Shown: positions 21,138 to 32,300 of the stretch, in pieces
Numbering within the stretch: the first letter of the stretch is position 1
Layout of the letters: every line of letters begins with the position of its first letter
Source of the DNA: Meyerozyma guilliermondii
Taxonomy: Eukaryota
Direction of reading: 5' to 3'
DNA length: 64,000 bases
NCBI GenBank assembly: GCA_051546255.1
Contig: CP128816.1
Span: forward strand, 1,612,001-1,676,000
Notes under the pieces: generated by a model
What the model was told of the DNA's origin: nothing
The model's database searches: none
What the model saw: the letters and a program-made list of their open reading frames with translations, nothing else
Made by a program: the position numbers and the translations under genes

Positions 21138-23759
21138 ATGTCATACTATGAAGCTTTGCCTACGGGTTTAAAGCCAATTCATTATGACTTGTTGATTAGT
21201 GACATTGATTTAGACAACGATACATTCAAAGGATCCACAAATGTTCATCTCATTGCTAAGGAGGAGACTTCAGAAGTGTATTTGAATTATAGAGAATTGC
21301 TGATCTCCGAATCCGAAATCCATGTTGAGGTAGATGGAAGTAGAGTGAGCGTTTCTGGAGTTGAGTTTAATGAAAAGAAAGAATACTTTGTTGTCAAACT
21401 TTCTCAATCTATACCCAAAGATGCTGAAGTTGTCGTTACTGTCGTGTACCATGGAGTGCTTCAAACTAATATGACTGGTCTCTACAGATCAACATATGTT
21501 TTAAATGGGGAGAAAAAGGTCATGATTTCTACTCAGTTTGAGGCTACGGATGCCAGAAAAGCTTTCCCTTGTATGGACGAACCAGCATTGAAGGCTACAT
21601 TCACCGTTGATTTGATAATATTTGACGAGTGGATGGCTTTGGGAAATATGCCAGTAGACAAAGAACTGACAACCGAAGGTTCAGGATCCAGGCGAGTGAA
21701 GTTTCAGAAGACTCCTATAATGTCAACCTATTTGCTTGCTTGGGCGTGTGGTGAGTTTGAGTATATTGAATCTTTCACTTCCGATCTCTATCACGACGAC
21801 AAACCCTTACCAGTTCGGATTTATACCACTAAAGGCTATAAGAAAGAGGCTGAGTATGCTTCCATCATTACTCCAAAGATTGTTGACTACTTTTCCCGCA
21901 TTTTTGAGGTCAAATATCCACTTCCAAAACTTGATTTGATTGCCGTTCATTCGTATTCACACAATGCCATGGAAAACTGGGGATTAATCACCTACAGATC
22001 AACAGCCTTATTATACTCTGAGGAAAAGTCAGACCCATCTTACAAGAAGAAGGTCACTTATGTCGTTGCGCACGAATTAGCCCACCAGTGGTTTGGTAAC
22101 CTTGTCACAATGCAATGGTGGGATGAATTATGGCTCAACGAGGGCTTCGCAACATGGGTTGGTTACAATGCGGTTGATTACTTGTTCCCAGAATGGAGCA
22201 TTTTTAACGACTTTGTTTCTGAATCCTTGCAGCAAGCTCTTGACCTTGATGGTTTGAGAAATTCACATCCAATCCAGGTGCCTGTCGTCGATGCCTTAGA
22301 CATTGATGCCTTATTCGATAAAATCTCATACCAGAAGGGTGCGTCTACAATCCTTATGATATCCAACTTCTTGGGTGAAAGCACGTTTTTGAAAGGAGTT
22401 GCAGCCTATTTGAACAATAACAAGTTCAGTAATGCCACATCTGATGATCTCTGGAATGCAATCGAGAAAGTCTCTGGGAAACCAGTGAAGAAGATGATGG
22501 ATAACTGGATCAAGAAAATTGGTTTTCCAGTTATCAATGTTGACGTTGACACGAATACTGGTTCGTTGATTCTTAAACAGTCTAGGTTTTTGAATGGTGG
22601 AGATGTGAAGGCTGAAGAAGATCAAACTACCTGGTGGATACCTCTTAATATTGTGGGTTCTGTGGATTCAGGTGCTTCAGACTTCTCCGGAAGAAATTTC
22701 ACGATCAATAAATTCAGCCCTGGCCACGGAGCTTTCAAGCTCAACAGAAACACTACTGGTGTTTACCGTGTCAACTACTCTCCCTCTGTTTTGGAAACCA
22801 ACATCTTACCGCATTTTGACAAGTTTTCAGCAACGGACAAGGTGGGTATTATCGCTGATACCGTATCCATCGCTATTTCTGGCGACAAGTATACGACCAC
22901 TGTTACGTTTCTTCAACTCATAAAGTCTGTTGTGGAAGCCGACCAATTTGGGGAAGATTTTGTTGTGTGGCTGGAACTTGGTGTTAGATTGCAAAGCTTG
23001 AGTATTGTCTTTCCTTCATTAAGTTATTCGTGGGCGGCTTTTGCAAGAAGCATTTACACTAAGTTGGCGCTTAAACTCTTGAACTCTCTGATTGATGCTT
23101 CCGAGTTTTTGAAACTGAAACTCAAAACGTTGATTTTAACCGCCTCGGGTGTTTCTGGTGTCAAGGAGGTTGAAGACTATGCGTTCGAATTATTTGAACA
23201 GTGGAAAGCTGGCAAACAATTGGATCCTTCTCTTAGATCATTTGTGTGGTCTACGGTATGTGCTTCATCGAAAGTCAACGAGGAGATTTTCGAAACCATA
23301 ATGAAAGAAGTCAGGAGCCCTTCATCCTTGGACTCCAGAGAGATAGCTCTTGGGTCGCTTGGTAATTTGAGTAGTGTCGAGCTTGCCAACCGGGTGATGA
23401 ATTTTGTCTTAGATCCGGAAACCATCCCCACAATGGATGCTCAATTTTTGTGCCAATCTCTTTCGGTCAATCCCAAGACGAAGGACATATTCTTGACCTT
23501 TTTCAAGAACAACTACGATGCTCTTTACGGCCTTTTGTCAACAAACATGGTCTTTTTGAATGGATTTGTCAAAACCACCTTGAGCAATTACCTGACGACC
23601 GAACAATTGTCGGAAATCGAGCTGATCTTCATTGGAAGGTCTGTTCATGGATTTGACAGATCATTAGAGCAGGTGCGTGATAATGTCAAGATCAATATTA
23701 CGTGGGTAGAACGGGACGAACAGCCAGTGGCCAACTGGCTTACGAGCAATGGCTATTAG
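21138..23759 (+). CDS. M1-family zinc aminopeptidase (Ape2/Aap1-like)
   Basis: TQFEATDARKAFPC, NAMENWGLITYR, zinc motif HELAHQW..LWLNEGFA, ERAP1-like C-terminus. Confidence 0.96.
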   Translation: MSYYEALPTGLKPIHYDLLISDIDLDNDTFKGSTNVHLIAKEETSEVYLNYRELLISESEIHVEVDGSRVSVSGVEFNEKKEYFVVKLSQSIPKDAEVVVTVVYHGVLQTNMTGLYRSTYVLNGEKKVMISTQFEATDARKAFPCMDEPALKATFTVDLIIFDEWMALGNMPVDKELTTEGSGSRRVKFQKTPIMSTYLLAWACGEFEYIESFTSDLYHDDKPLPVRIYTTKGYKKEAEYASIITPKIVDYFSRIFEVKYPLPKLDLIAVHSYSHNAMENWGLITYRSTALLYSEEKSDPSYKKKVTYVVAHELAHQWFGNLVTMQWWDELWLNEGFATWVGYNAVDYLFPEWSIFNDFVSESLQQALDLDGLRNSHPIQVPVVDALDIDALFDKISYQKGASTILMISNFLGESTFLKGVAAYLNNNKFSNATSDDLWNAIEKVSGKPVKKMMDNWIKKIGFPVINVDVDTNTGSLILKQSRFLNGGDVKAEEDQTTWWIPLNIVGSVDSGASDFSGRNFTINKFSPGHGAFKLNRNTTGVYRVNYSPSVLETNILPHFDKFSATDKVGIIADTVSIAISGDKYTTTVTFLQLIKSVVEADQFGEDFVVWLELGVRLQSLSIVFPSLSYSWAAFARSIYTKLALKLLNSLIDASEFLKLKLKTLILTASGVSGVKEVEDYAFELFEQWKAGKQLDPSLRSFVWSTVCASSKVNEEIFETIMKEVRSPSSLDSREIALGSLGNLSSVELANRVMNFVLDPETIPTMDAQFLCQSLSVNPKTKDIFLTFFKNNYDALYGLLSTNMVFLNGFVKTTLSNYLTTEQLSEIELIFIGRSVHGFDRSLEQVRDNVKINITWVERDEQPVANWLTSNGY

Positions 23760-23846
23760 AAATTAGACCAATAATTTATTACATTGTAGTAAAAGTAGCT
23801 AGGTTTGTTGCTCAATTATGTACAAAAGTCCACGAGCATTACTAAT

Positions 23847-25568
23847 CTATTCAACCTTGGCTTCATGAATGTTGGCGTATCTTCCTGATGGGTCTGCGTG
23901 ACATCCCCATTCAGCCTTTGGAATCCATCTCATGACAGTGGTGGCTGCAATGGCAGATTTTTCCTTGAAGATATCGTCGAATTTGCATCTATACCAGTAG
24001 GCTTCCTTTGTGGTTGGAATGTCATCGCCCCATTCTGGTTTAGGTGTGGCAAGCTCTTCGTCACTGACAGCAGCTTCTGCGGCATCCTTCAAGCCATCAA
24101 TCCACGAGTAACCAACACCGTCTGAAAATTGTTCTTTTTGTCTCCACAAAATCTCTTCTGGCAAGTAAGGTTTGACGTCTGGCTCGGAAGAAGTATCAAA
24201 TGCCTTTCTCAAGGCGTATTTTTCGATCTTGCCCTCCTTAGGTTTTATCAACTTATCCTCAGGGTTGATGTTCATGCAAACCTCGAGGAATTGCTTGTCC
24301 AAAAATGGCACTCTAGCCTCCACACCCCAAGCCATAGTAGACTTGTTAGCACGCAAGCAATCAGCGTAATGTAAGTTCTTCACACGCTTAACACATTCCT
24401 GGTGAAAATCGCTGGCGTTTGGAGCATTGGCAAAGTAAAGGTATCCGCCAAAAATCTCATCAGATCCTTCTCCAGATAACACCATCTTGACACCTTGAGC
24501 CTTGATCTTTCTCGACAACAAGTACATAGGAGTAGATGCTCTGATGGTGGTCACATCGTAGGTTTCAAGGTGGAGAATCACATCGTTAAGAGCGTCCAAA
24601 CCTTCTTGAAGAGTGAAGGTATGAGAGTGGTGAATGGTACCAATAAAATGAGCCACCTTTTCAGCAGCAATTAAATCCGGAGCACCGGGCAAACCAATGG
24701 CAAAAGAGTGCAATCTGTTCCATCCGCTGCTGTGCAAAGAACCAGACTCATCAACACCCGATAATTCCTTGTTGGCGTCGATTCCGTGGCTACTGAAAGA
24801 CTTGGCTGCCTTTTCAGTTTCACGAGCAGCGATAGAGGCAATCAACGATGAGTCCAAACCACCAGACAAGAGAACTCCATAAGGTACCTCTGCCATCAAT
24901 CTCTTTCTGACGGCCATTTCAAGAGTTTCTCTGACTTCTTTGTAGTCTACATTCTTTTGTGGCACCTTGGTTTCATCCCACCAAGTTGGTTCAAAGTATC
25001 TGGTGAGCTTGTCGGTGTCAGAGTCATAAACATGACCAGGGGGGAAGGCAACAACTTCATCACAGTCTTGCAAGAGACATTTGAGCTCGGAGGCAAAGTA
25101 TCTGGTTTTTGGGTTTTTGGAGCTTTTACCCATGTACAAGGTGGTGATACCAATAGGGTCTCTAGCAGCCACGATTCTATCCTTCTTCTTGTCGTAGAGC
25201 ACCCACGCAAACATACCGTCCAAGTACTTTGGAGCATCCACATCGTACTTTTCAAACAAAGGAATGATAGGTTCACAGTCAGATAACGAGTGGAATTTGT
25301 AGTCTTTAAATTGATCTCTTAACTGAATATGGTTGTAGATCTCACCATTGACGGCCAAGAAGTAGTTGTCGTCGTCAGACTTGATAGGTTGGGCACCAGA
25401 ATCCAAACCAACAATAGCCAAACGTTCATGGCAAAGAATGGTGGAGTTTCTAATGACGTTACCAGACCAGTCAGGACCACGATGACGAATCATCTTGGAG
25501 TTGCTGAGAGCAGTCTCTTTGTACTTGTCCACTTCGGGCTGCCTGAAAGCAGCGAAAATTCCACACAT
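23847..25568 (-). CDS. ASN1: Glutamine-hydrolysing asparagine synthetase
   Basis: N-terminal MCGI (Ntn amidotransferase), [26 protein letters not shown]. Confidence 0.98.
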   Translation of the reverse strand: MCGIFAAFRQPEVDKYKETALSNSKMIRHRGPDWSGNVIRNSTILCHERLAIVGLDSGAQPIKSDDDNYFLAVNGEIYNHIQLRDQFKDYKFHSLSDCEPIIPLFEKYDVDAPKYLDGMFAWVLYDKKKDRIVAARDPIGITTLYMGKSSKNPKTRYFASELKCLLQDCDEVVAFPPGHVYDSDTDKLTRYFEPTWWDETKVPQKNVDYKEVRETLEMAVRKRLMAEVPYGVLLSGGLDSSLIASIAARETEKAAKSFSSHGIDANKELSGVDESGSLHSSGWNRLHSFAIGLPGAPDLIAAEKVAHFIGTIHHSHTFTLQEGLDALNDVILHLETYDVTTIRASTPMYLLSRKIKAQGVKMVLSGEGSDEIFGGYLYFANAPNASDFHQECVKRVKNLHYADCLRANKSTMAWGVEARVPFLDKQFLEVCMNINPEDKLIKPKEGKIEKYALRKAFDTSSEPDVKPYLPEEILWRQKEQFSDGVGYSWIDGLKDAAEAAVSDEELATPKPEWGDDIPTTKEAYWYRCKFDDIFKEKSAIAATTVMRWIPKAEWGCHADPSGRYANIHEAKVE

Positions 25569-25600
25569 GTCTTCTGCAAGCTTTTTGGTGGTGGAAAACT

Positions 25601-25651
25601 TTTATAGCCAAGAAATGAGTCTTTATGGATTATAAATTTTTCAATGAGTCA
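25601..25651 (-). promoter_or_regulatory. TATA box plus two Gcn4-type sites upstream of ASN1
   Basis: TATAAA on the minus strand at 25601-25606. TGAGTC at 25616-25621 and full TGAGTCA at 25645-25651. ASN1 is a known Gcn4 target in yeasts. Confidence 0.7.
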
Positions 25652-25937
25652 ACGAGCGCGGAAGCTGCAGGCGAGATAAGATCGGAAGACCGGACTGCAG
25701 GCAGGAGCAACCGAAATGGGCTGGACAATAAAAGTGTCAAGTGACCATACTGATATAATAAAGAGAGTATGATGTTTCTTATACAGTTCTAGAGATGATC
25801 AATTTGTCAAATTGTTCGAATGTCCCATTTTTCGTCCCCTTCACTCCAACCTCTCTGGTCTCTTTGCACCCATTGCACCCAATCCTACCTTTTGTCGCCA
25901 CAGAGTACACCACCAGTCTAAACTAGACACCATCGTC

Positions 25938-26777
25938 ATGTCATTACAGAAACTTACTGCCGAGCTCTACCAGCTGTATGACCAAGAGGAGTACGAAAAG
26001 TGTCAAAAGATCTTAACTCCCATCAAATTGGAATTGATAAAACACAACTTGCTTCTTCCAACTGTCGCTAACAGTGACTCCAAAGACAAGATCAATGACC
26101 TCAAGATTGCCGAAAGGATCCTTGAAATCGGCGCGTTGTCGTCGTTGTTGAGCAACAACTACCGCGGCTTTGAAAACTATGTGGCTCAACTCCGTCCGTT
26201 TTACTCCAATAAGCAAATCCACGCTAAGCCAGAAAAAAACACCGACCAAACCAAAATCATATCGCTCTACTTGTTGTACTTGTTGTCGCAGGGACTAGTA
26301 TCCAAGTTCCACGTGGAGTTGGAGCTCATCTATAACTCGAAACAGTACAATGTCGAACAGGATCAATACTTGCTGTTCCCGGTCAACTTGGAGAAACACT
26401 TGATGGAAGGCAATTATATCAAGATTTGGAAAGTGCTCAAGAATGACACTAATTTACCATGCAAGGAGTACGGCCATTTTCTTGATACCCTTGTGAATGC
26501 TTTGCGCTTCGAGATCGCCAAGTCATTGGAACAAACCTATGAAACCATTCCTATCTCCAACTGTAAAGGTCTTTTATACTTCCCTCAGGAGCAGTCTGAC
26601 GCCACATTTGAGTCAATAATAAAAGATGACCTCAAGATGACAGGATGGACATTCAAAGATGGTTCCATCACTTTCAAAAACGACGACGACTCCCATAAAG
26701 GTAACGTCAATCCAAACTCAATCAACCTTATCAGCAACGTGTTGTCTTACGCAGAAAGAATAGAGTCTATTGTATAG
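25938..26777 (+). CDS. RPN12: 26S proteasome lid subunit Rpn12
   Basis: ILEIGAL, FHVELE, LMEGNY.KIW and C-terminal LSYAERIESIV. First ATG at 25938. Confidence 0.93.
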   Translation: MSLQKLTAELYQLYDQEEYEKCQKILTPIKLELIKHNLLLPTVANSDSKDKINDLKIAERILEIGALSSLLSNNYRGFENYVAQLRPFYSNKQIHAKPEKNTDQTKIISLYLLYLLSQGLVSKFHVELELIYNSKQYNVEQDQYLLFPVNLEKHLMEGNYIKIWKVLKNDTNLPCKEYGHFLDTLVNALRFEIAKSLEQTYETIPISNCKGLLYFPQEQSDATFESIIKDDLKMTGWTFKDGSITFKNDDDSHKGNVNPNSINLISNVLSYAERIESIV

Positions 26778-26803
26778 GATAAGAATAGGCATTTTACACT
26801 AAA

Positions 26804-27619
26804 TTACTCTAACGATGTAAAGAACCCTTTGTATGCTGTGTCCAAGTCTTCCAAGAATGTGTCTACATCTTGCTGCGACAACTCCTCTGATTCCAGCAAG
26901 TTGTTTAATTTTATGAGCCAAGTCACAAGCTTGGACTTCCCTGGAAATTCAATCGTACTTCCGCCGTTTTCGGGCGAATTATGAAGTTCGTTCAAACTGA
27001 TTACAAGATTGCTCAATAGTGGATGCAATTGATACTTTGTCCTATAGTTGAGCTTTAATGCATCCATGCATGTAATAAAATTGCCAGTGGCCTGAGCAAC
27101 CATCTTGCCGCCTGCTCTGGTGGGGGTGTTTCTTCCGCTTGTGGATTGCTGTTGCAAGACTGGATTTTTCAGGTGTTCGATTGTAGCTGGCAATCCTACC
27201 TTGAGTCGTTTCACTGCCAAAGCGGCATGTAGATCGTATTTGGTGGTAAATGCATCCAAAAATTGGCCATCTTCGGAATCCAATTGTAAATTGGGACGGT
27301 TGAAGTGAGTGGATAGAAACTCCTTTTTTTGTCCATCTTCGTCAAAATCCCGTATTATGATTTGAAATTGACTTATAAGTCGTAATGCAGTGCTAGTATA
27401 TTTCTCCCTATCAGTGATATAATCCTTTAAAAACGAGGTTTCCAAAACTTGCAACGCAGCAATTATGGAGTAAATCTCTGAAAGTGATTCATACACAGTT
27501 TTGTGTAGAGCAGACTTGATAAGCGAGTTTCTCGTCACCTCCTGGTGAAACTGGTTGGCATTACGCGCCCCTGGGGTATACGAAGTAGTCGAAGTGGGTG
27601 CATACGACGGCAAACTCAT
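26804..27619 (-). CDS. VPS28: ESCRT-I subunit Vps28
   Basis: YESLSEIYSII, RLKVGLPATIEH, ATGNFITCMDALKLNY, QLHPLL. Confidence 0.95.
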   Translation of the reverse strand: MSLPSYAPTSTTSYTPGARNANQFHQEVTRNSLIKSALHKTVYESLSEIYSIIAALQVLETSFLKDYITDREKYTSTALRLISQFQIIIRDFDEDGQKKEFLSTHFNRPNLQLDSEDGQFLDAFTTKYDLHAALAVKRLKVGLPATIEHLKNPVLQQQSTSGRNTPTRAGGKMVAQATGNFITCMDALKLNYRTKYQLHPLLSNLVISLNELHNSPENGGSTIEFPGKSKLVTWLIKLNNLLESEELSQQDVDTFLEDLDTAYKGFFTSLE

Positions 27620-27691
27620 ATATATTGAACTTTCAAATCAGCCGCGAATTGCAGTCTTGTGCGATAAAGTGTGGAGTCATTGGTCATAAAA

Positions 27692-29074
27692 TTAGTCTAT
27701 GTAATCTAGTATAATCTTGCCCGTTCTCGAGGCAAATGCTTCTCCATTGTAGCCCAACCGTACCCAGTCTTGCTTTCGGTACCTGTACACGATCGGAGGT
27801 GGGGTGAATGGTACTAAAATGTCTATCATCGAACCATAATTAGGACAATTGATTAAAGAGTTGACAACATTAGAACCAAACTTGCGACGGGCTTCGGAGC
27901 ATTGCTTCATTATCCACTGTAGTAGGTAGTCACTGGAGGCTCGGTCATAGGGACTGACTGTGAGCGGAACCCTCATGTCAAAGTCTTTGCACCCAACAAG
28001 CTTCACCTTAAGAACAACTTCAAACCTAATAGAAAAGAGTTTGCCAATCGTGGTGAATCCTTGGATGTGCGTGATAGGTATACCCTCGTCTACTTTACCG
28101 ATTTCCACCTCTTTCACGAGTTTTGATGTAGCAACGTCTCGTTTAGCTAAAAGTTCATCCAAGTCGTAAGGTTTATATAAGGACAAAAAAGAGCTTTCGA
28201 CGGGGAAATCTACTTTGAACTGGGTAGGAGTGCCGGTAGAATTTAATATTCCACGATCTTCTTCATCGAAGGTCTTGGTGGTGGTGTACAACTTCATTTC
28301 TCTCCTAGGAGGAAGGCCACCTTCGTGGCATTCCAAGACTTCCTTGATCTGGAACGTAAGCTGTTTCAACTTGATTTTCCTGCGTAGCCTATTATGCAGT
28401 TGATTGGTGGAAACCCTGGTGTTCATTATAAACGTATCTTCTGGACCTACCGCTGTATTCGTAAGCTTGATCTCCGCCACCACTTGGTTACCATTAGACG
28501 CCTGCGTTTCTGTGAGAGGCTCGTTAAACTGCCGATATATAGGCAATGTGTCATATAATTTTATTGATATTGGAAACGATTCGATAAACGTTACTTCTTT
28601 GGCCAGAGTAATGCCACATGCAACCTTGGCCACGAGATAATGCAGAGTCGCAGCTTGGCAATTGGGGAACGCTCCGGATGATACTATGTCTCGTGGAAGT
28701 GGGAAGAGTATGGGTACGTCTAAACCCAAAAGACGCTGGCTGAACTCTCCAACTGGTGGACGAAATGCAAACGGATTGTTGTATATTGTGTACTCCTGTT
28801 GAGTATCTGTGGAGCCTAGTTTGGCAGGGATTGTGACTTTTTGTACTGTTTTGAGCTCAATTCCCACAGATCTAATGGTGAATGGTACCCCGGCAATCGG
28901 TCGGAGTTCTAACACAGTTTCTACGCGAGGCTAGGTTAGCAGAAATTTGACCAATGTCTGGGTTAAATAACTTACAATACTTCTGGGTACTCCAGGGCAT
29001 CCATGGACCACGCTAGCGTAATCTGCGCGTAAGCTGGCCACCACAGGAGGCGTTGAGGGCTTTGTGGGGGCCAT
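27692..29074 (-). CDS. Arrestin-fold protein; spliced (exons 29074-28976 and 28930-27692)
   Basis: Exon 1 MAPTKPS..HGCPGVPRSI joins in frame to PRVETVLELR. Beta-sandwich arrestin N/C pattern (YDTLPIYRQFNEP; FTTIGKLFSIRFEV). Confidence 0.75.
28931..28975 (-). other. 45-nt spliceosomal intron in the arrestin-like gene
   Basis: Minus strand: GTAAGT donor at 28975, TGCTAAC branch, TAG acceptor ending at 28931. Confidence 0.88.
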
Positions 29075-29160
29075 GTCAATACGCTAGACGTTTAATTATC
29101 TGCAGGCGACTTCAAAAATAGTTGTACCGCAGTGTCTCTTATGCAGGCAGAAGCTACCTT

Positions 29161-29973
29161 TTAAACCAATCTAGGTACAATGCTCCATTTCGCCTTATAC
29201 TCGGTTCCGAAACGTTTATAGTACTCGTGAGACTCTCTTGAGCTGATGGATAGGTTTACCGCGACGAAAAGAGCCGCAAGACCGAAATTGACATCGACAA
29301 GATTTGGTTGGTTCTTCAATGCTAATGCAGCGACGATAGTATAAATTACAATTTCGTCAAGGTAATGAGCACATGCCACCATCAGAAACAACCCTCTGGT
29401 GGGCATGGAGTATTTTTTTAACAGTGCCAAATGCTTGTGATTCAAAAACTGGTCGTAAGCTGTGATTATGTAGACTGTGATGAGAATCGTATCCAGCACT
29501 GAAAATTGCAAACCTTTTGAAACTGTCAGGCCCAAGTAGCAGTTGATTGACATAAGACTGTAGAAAACTAGTCCTAAAGTGTAATGAGCGATGTTCATTC
29601 GTGAAAGTTGGTTTGGTTTTAAAACGTAGATCGATTCATACAACCGTCGCAATGCTTGAGCAAGTAGTATACATGTGATTATAGTGTAGTTGTTGTGTTT
29701 TGCAAGGCTATAGTGGCTGTTCCTTCGAGGAAAGCTCACTATTAGTAGCATGGAAGCACTGAAAAGCACATAAAAGTGCCAGAAAAAGTACTTTGGGACT
29801 GTCAAATGCAAGAAACGTTGAAGAAACCAGTTCTCGTTTGCAATAGCTTTTGAGTTATAGCACTTGCCATATTTGAGAAAGTTGTTGAGCGGGGTTACAA
29901 ACTTGACGATAAGAACCCCACATATTAAACCAACGTAAGCTACCGATATAGCCAATGCTAGCAATTGTAACAT
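29161..29973 (-). CDS. DFG10: Polyprenol reductase (steroid 5-alpha-reductase family)
   Basis: LKYGK, TVPK..FWHFY, RRLYES, SRMNIAHY, KKYSMP..GLF..V..AHYLDEI. Confidence 0.9.
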   Translation of the reverse strand: MLQLLALAISVAYVGLICGVLIVKFVTPLNNFLKYGKCYNSKAIANENWFLQRFLHLTVPKYFFWHFYVLFSASMLLIVSFPRRNSHYSLAKHNNYTIITCILLAQALRRLYESIYVLKPNQLSRMNIAHYTLGLVFYSLMSINCYLGLTVSKGLQFSVLDTILITVYIITAYDQFLNHKHLALLKKYSMPTRGLFLMVACAHYLDEIVIYTIVAALALKNQPNLVDVNFGLAALFVAVNLSISSRESHEYYKRFGTEYKAKWSIVPRLV

Positions 29974-30081
29974 AGATTGTGCGAAGAATAAGAAATTAGA
30001 ACCGAGGCAGATTTATCAAAAATTTAAATAGAAACTATATTACAATATCGCTATGAGAAATGAAAGTCTATGATACCAGTT

Positions 30082-31623
30082 TTAACGACCAATGTATTTC
30101 TTCTCAAACGGCCTCACGACGTTGAAAGCAATAAATGAGAAGGCAAATGCCAATTCAAACCCAATATCACCACCAAAGTCTCCAATCTTCTTGGCTATAG
30201 GACCAGCGTACCACACTTGGTTCATTCCCACCACAGCACCAGCGACACCGCAACAGAAACCAAATACTCCAGCAATTCCAACTGGGTAAGAGGTTTTAAG
30301 ATGAAAGTTCTCGTAATCATAGCGAGCAAAGTTACCCTTGTTGTGAATAAAGTGCTCCGACAAAGACATAGCCTCGTATATGGCAAGGTAGTAACCGATC
30401 AAGTTCATAAAGTTGTCCATAACTTCTTCAAAGTTATAGTAGGCAGGAATACAGATTGCAAGGGTAACAAAGTTACCAGCGATGGTCCAAAGAACTCTTG
30501 GAATTTTCGCAAGAGGCGACCACAAAGCCTGGGCAGACAACGCAATGGTGTACATATTAGGAATGTTGTTAGCCACAGTAGAGAGAGCCAACAATACACA
30601 CAAGAATTGACCGAATCCATGAAGTGAGTTCTCCACGAGAATAGCATACACCAAACCTCCGATAGCCTTGTCTTGGTATAATTCGTCCCACTTCTTGTTG
30701 GTAATGGTTCCAGTAGCACAAGCAGCCCCCAAAATCATGGTAAAAAGCAAAGGAAGCAAGAGACCGACAAGAATACTGGCAAAGATCTTAAGTGAGTTGG
30801 CATTTCTCTTTTGGTAGACGGTGTAATCACTTGCGTAGGTAGTCCATCCGGTAGCGAAACCATAGACGGCACCACCAAAAGATAACACATTACCTGCGGT
30901 TGTTTGTCCACCAGGCATGGTTCCACCAAACTTTGCCTCACTTGTAAATGTGCCAGCTTTGGCCATACGAACAATAATTGCAATAAAGCAAACAATATTG
31001 GGAACCCAAGACCATTTCTCGTACATGTGAATAACATGGTAACCAAAGAAAGTAACGAGAATAGTGCAAACGACCAAAATCAAGCATCCTGCCCATGGAG
31101 GACAAGCACCATTGTTAACGATGTTTAACAATTGGGCGGAAACCATAATGTTGACAGCACCCCATCCAACACAAGCAATCATATTGATAAAAGCGAAAAT
31201 ACGCATGGCATAATCACCCACCAAAAACTTGGACAAAATCATTTGACGCAATCCCAACTTTGGACCAAACACAGAGAAGAATGCCACGGGAAGGGCACCA
31301 AGCAAAGAAAAGAAAATGATCACAAGAACTGCTTGCCAGAATGAAAGTGTAAACACAGTGATACCAAGAGCACCCAAAGAAAACGTGGCAATCACCATAT
31401 TGGCAGAAAGCCACATGGTAGCAGCATTAGAAATGGAATTTTCTGTCTTTTCTTCATCGGTAACCATTTCAATACCCTTAGTTTCAGCATTAAGCTGAGC
31501 AGCAAGTCTATTAAAGATACTGAGTTTCTTAGCAGTTAACTCCGCTTCACCAACAGACGAATCTGTGGTGTCGACGGTATAAGGAACCTTGTCCGCAGCA
31601 GCGGATTTCTCTAAATCAGACAT
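30082..31623 (-). CDS. FCY2: Purine-cytosine permease (NCS1 family, Fcy2/Fcy21-like)
   Basis: AETKGIE, MWLSANM, GPKLGLRQM, GWTTYASDY, ANNIPNMY, GDIGFELA; about 12 TMs. Confidence 0.93.
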   Translation of the reverse strand: MSDLEKSAAADKVPYTVDTTDSSVGEAELTAKKLSIFNRLAAQLNAETKGIEMVTDEEKTENSISNAATMWLSANMVIATFSLGALGITVFTLSFWQAVLVIIFFSLLGALPVAFFSVFGPKLGLRQMILSKFLVGDYAMRIFAFINMIACVGWGAVNIMVSAQLLNIVNNGACPPWAGCLILVVCTILVTFFGYHVIHMYEKWSWVPNIVCFIAIIVRMAKAGTFTSEAKFGGTMPGGQTTAGNVLSFGGAVYGFATGWTTYASDYTVYQKRNANSLKIFASILVGLLLPLLFTMILGAACATGTITNKKWDELYQDKAIGGLVYAILVENSLHGFGQFLCVLLALSTVANNIPNMYTIALSAQALWSPLAKIPRVLWTIAGNFVTLAICIPAYYNFEEVMDNFMNLIGYYLAIYEAMSLSEHFIHNKGNFARYDYENFHLKTSYPVGIAGVFGFCCGVAGAVVGMNQVWYAGPIAKKIGDFGGDIGFELAFAFSFIAFNVVRPFEKKYIGR

Positions 31624-31735
31624 CACTCCGAAATCAAACCCTTGGAACGTCGCTGTAATATAGTCAAATTTTCACGCAAGCGGCGTTCACTGCGGCGCTG
31701 CATCGCTGCAGCTTATCTACTTTACCCAAACGAGA

Positions 31736-31761
31736 CCGCGGAGCGCCGCGGGGCGCCGCGG
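31736..31761. repeat. Three CCGCGG palindromes at exact 10-bp spacing upstream of the permease
   Basis: CCGCGG starts at 31736, 31746 and 31756. Confidence 0.85.
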
Positions 31762-32300
31762 ATAATTTTGAAAACGAACAATGGGCTTCGAAAGTGCGGT
31801 CCAATTGATGGCAGGAGTATATGCCGCGTCTTAGGTTGTGCCACTCAATTCGAGTCCGGAACCGTTTACGAATACAAATCAGAACTAGCATTGTTAGCCA
31901 AAATTTCATGAGCCGTACATCCCTACATCACGATCAAGGCGGCAGTGCGGCGCCGGCGATGAAGCGAAGCCTCTCATATTCGACGGCCAAAGATCAGGAC
32001 GATAAGCAATGCTCAGTCGGATTGTGCCGATACCCCGCATATTCGATACGAGAGAATTGCCCGGCCGGTGATTTGGGCGGAGGATAAGGATGGATGGTTC
32101 TGTGCACCGATATGAGTCTTGACGTATCAGGAGCGCGGCATGTTGCCGTGTAGTGGTGCAGGAGAGGGAAATGTGCAGGTGAAACGACAGAGATAGATGT
32201 AGGAACTGGAACCAGGCAAGTAGAGGAGCACAAGGCAAGTGGAGCACGATAACGAGGCACAATGACAACTTTTAATCTGGAGGTATAGTAGTATTATAGT

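Noticed and set aside
25891..25901. Rpn4/PACE site upstream of RPN12 (TTTGTCGCCAC)
   Set aside because: Only a partial match to GGTGGCAAA; not enough to call.
31642..32268. Several overlapping 80-120 aa ORFs between the permease and SSO1
   Set aside because: GC-rich promoter sequence yields spurious ORFs; no recognisable domains.
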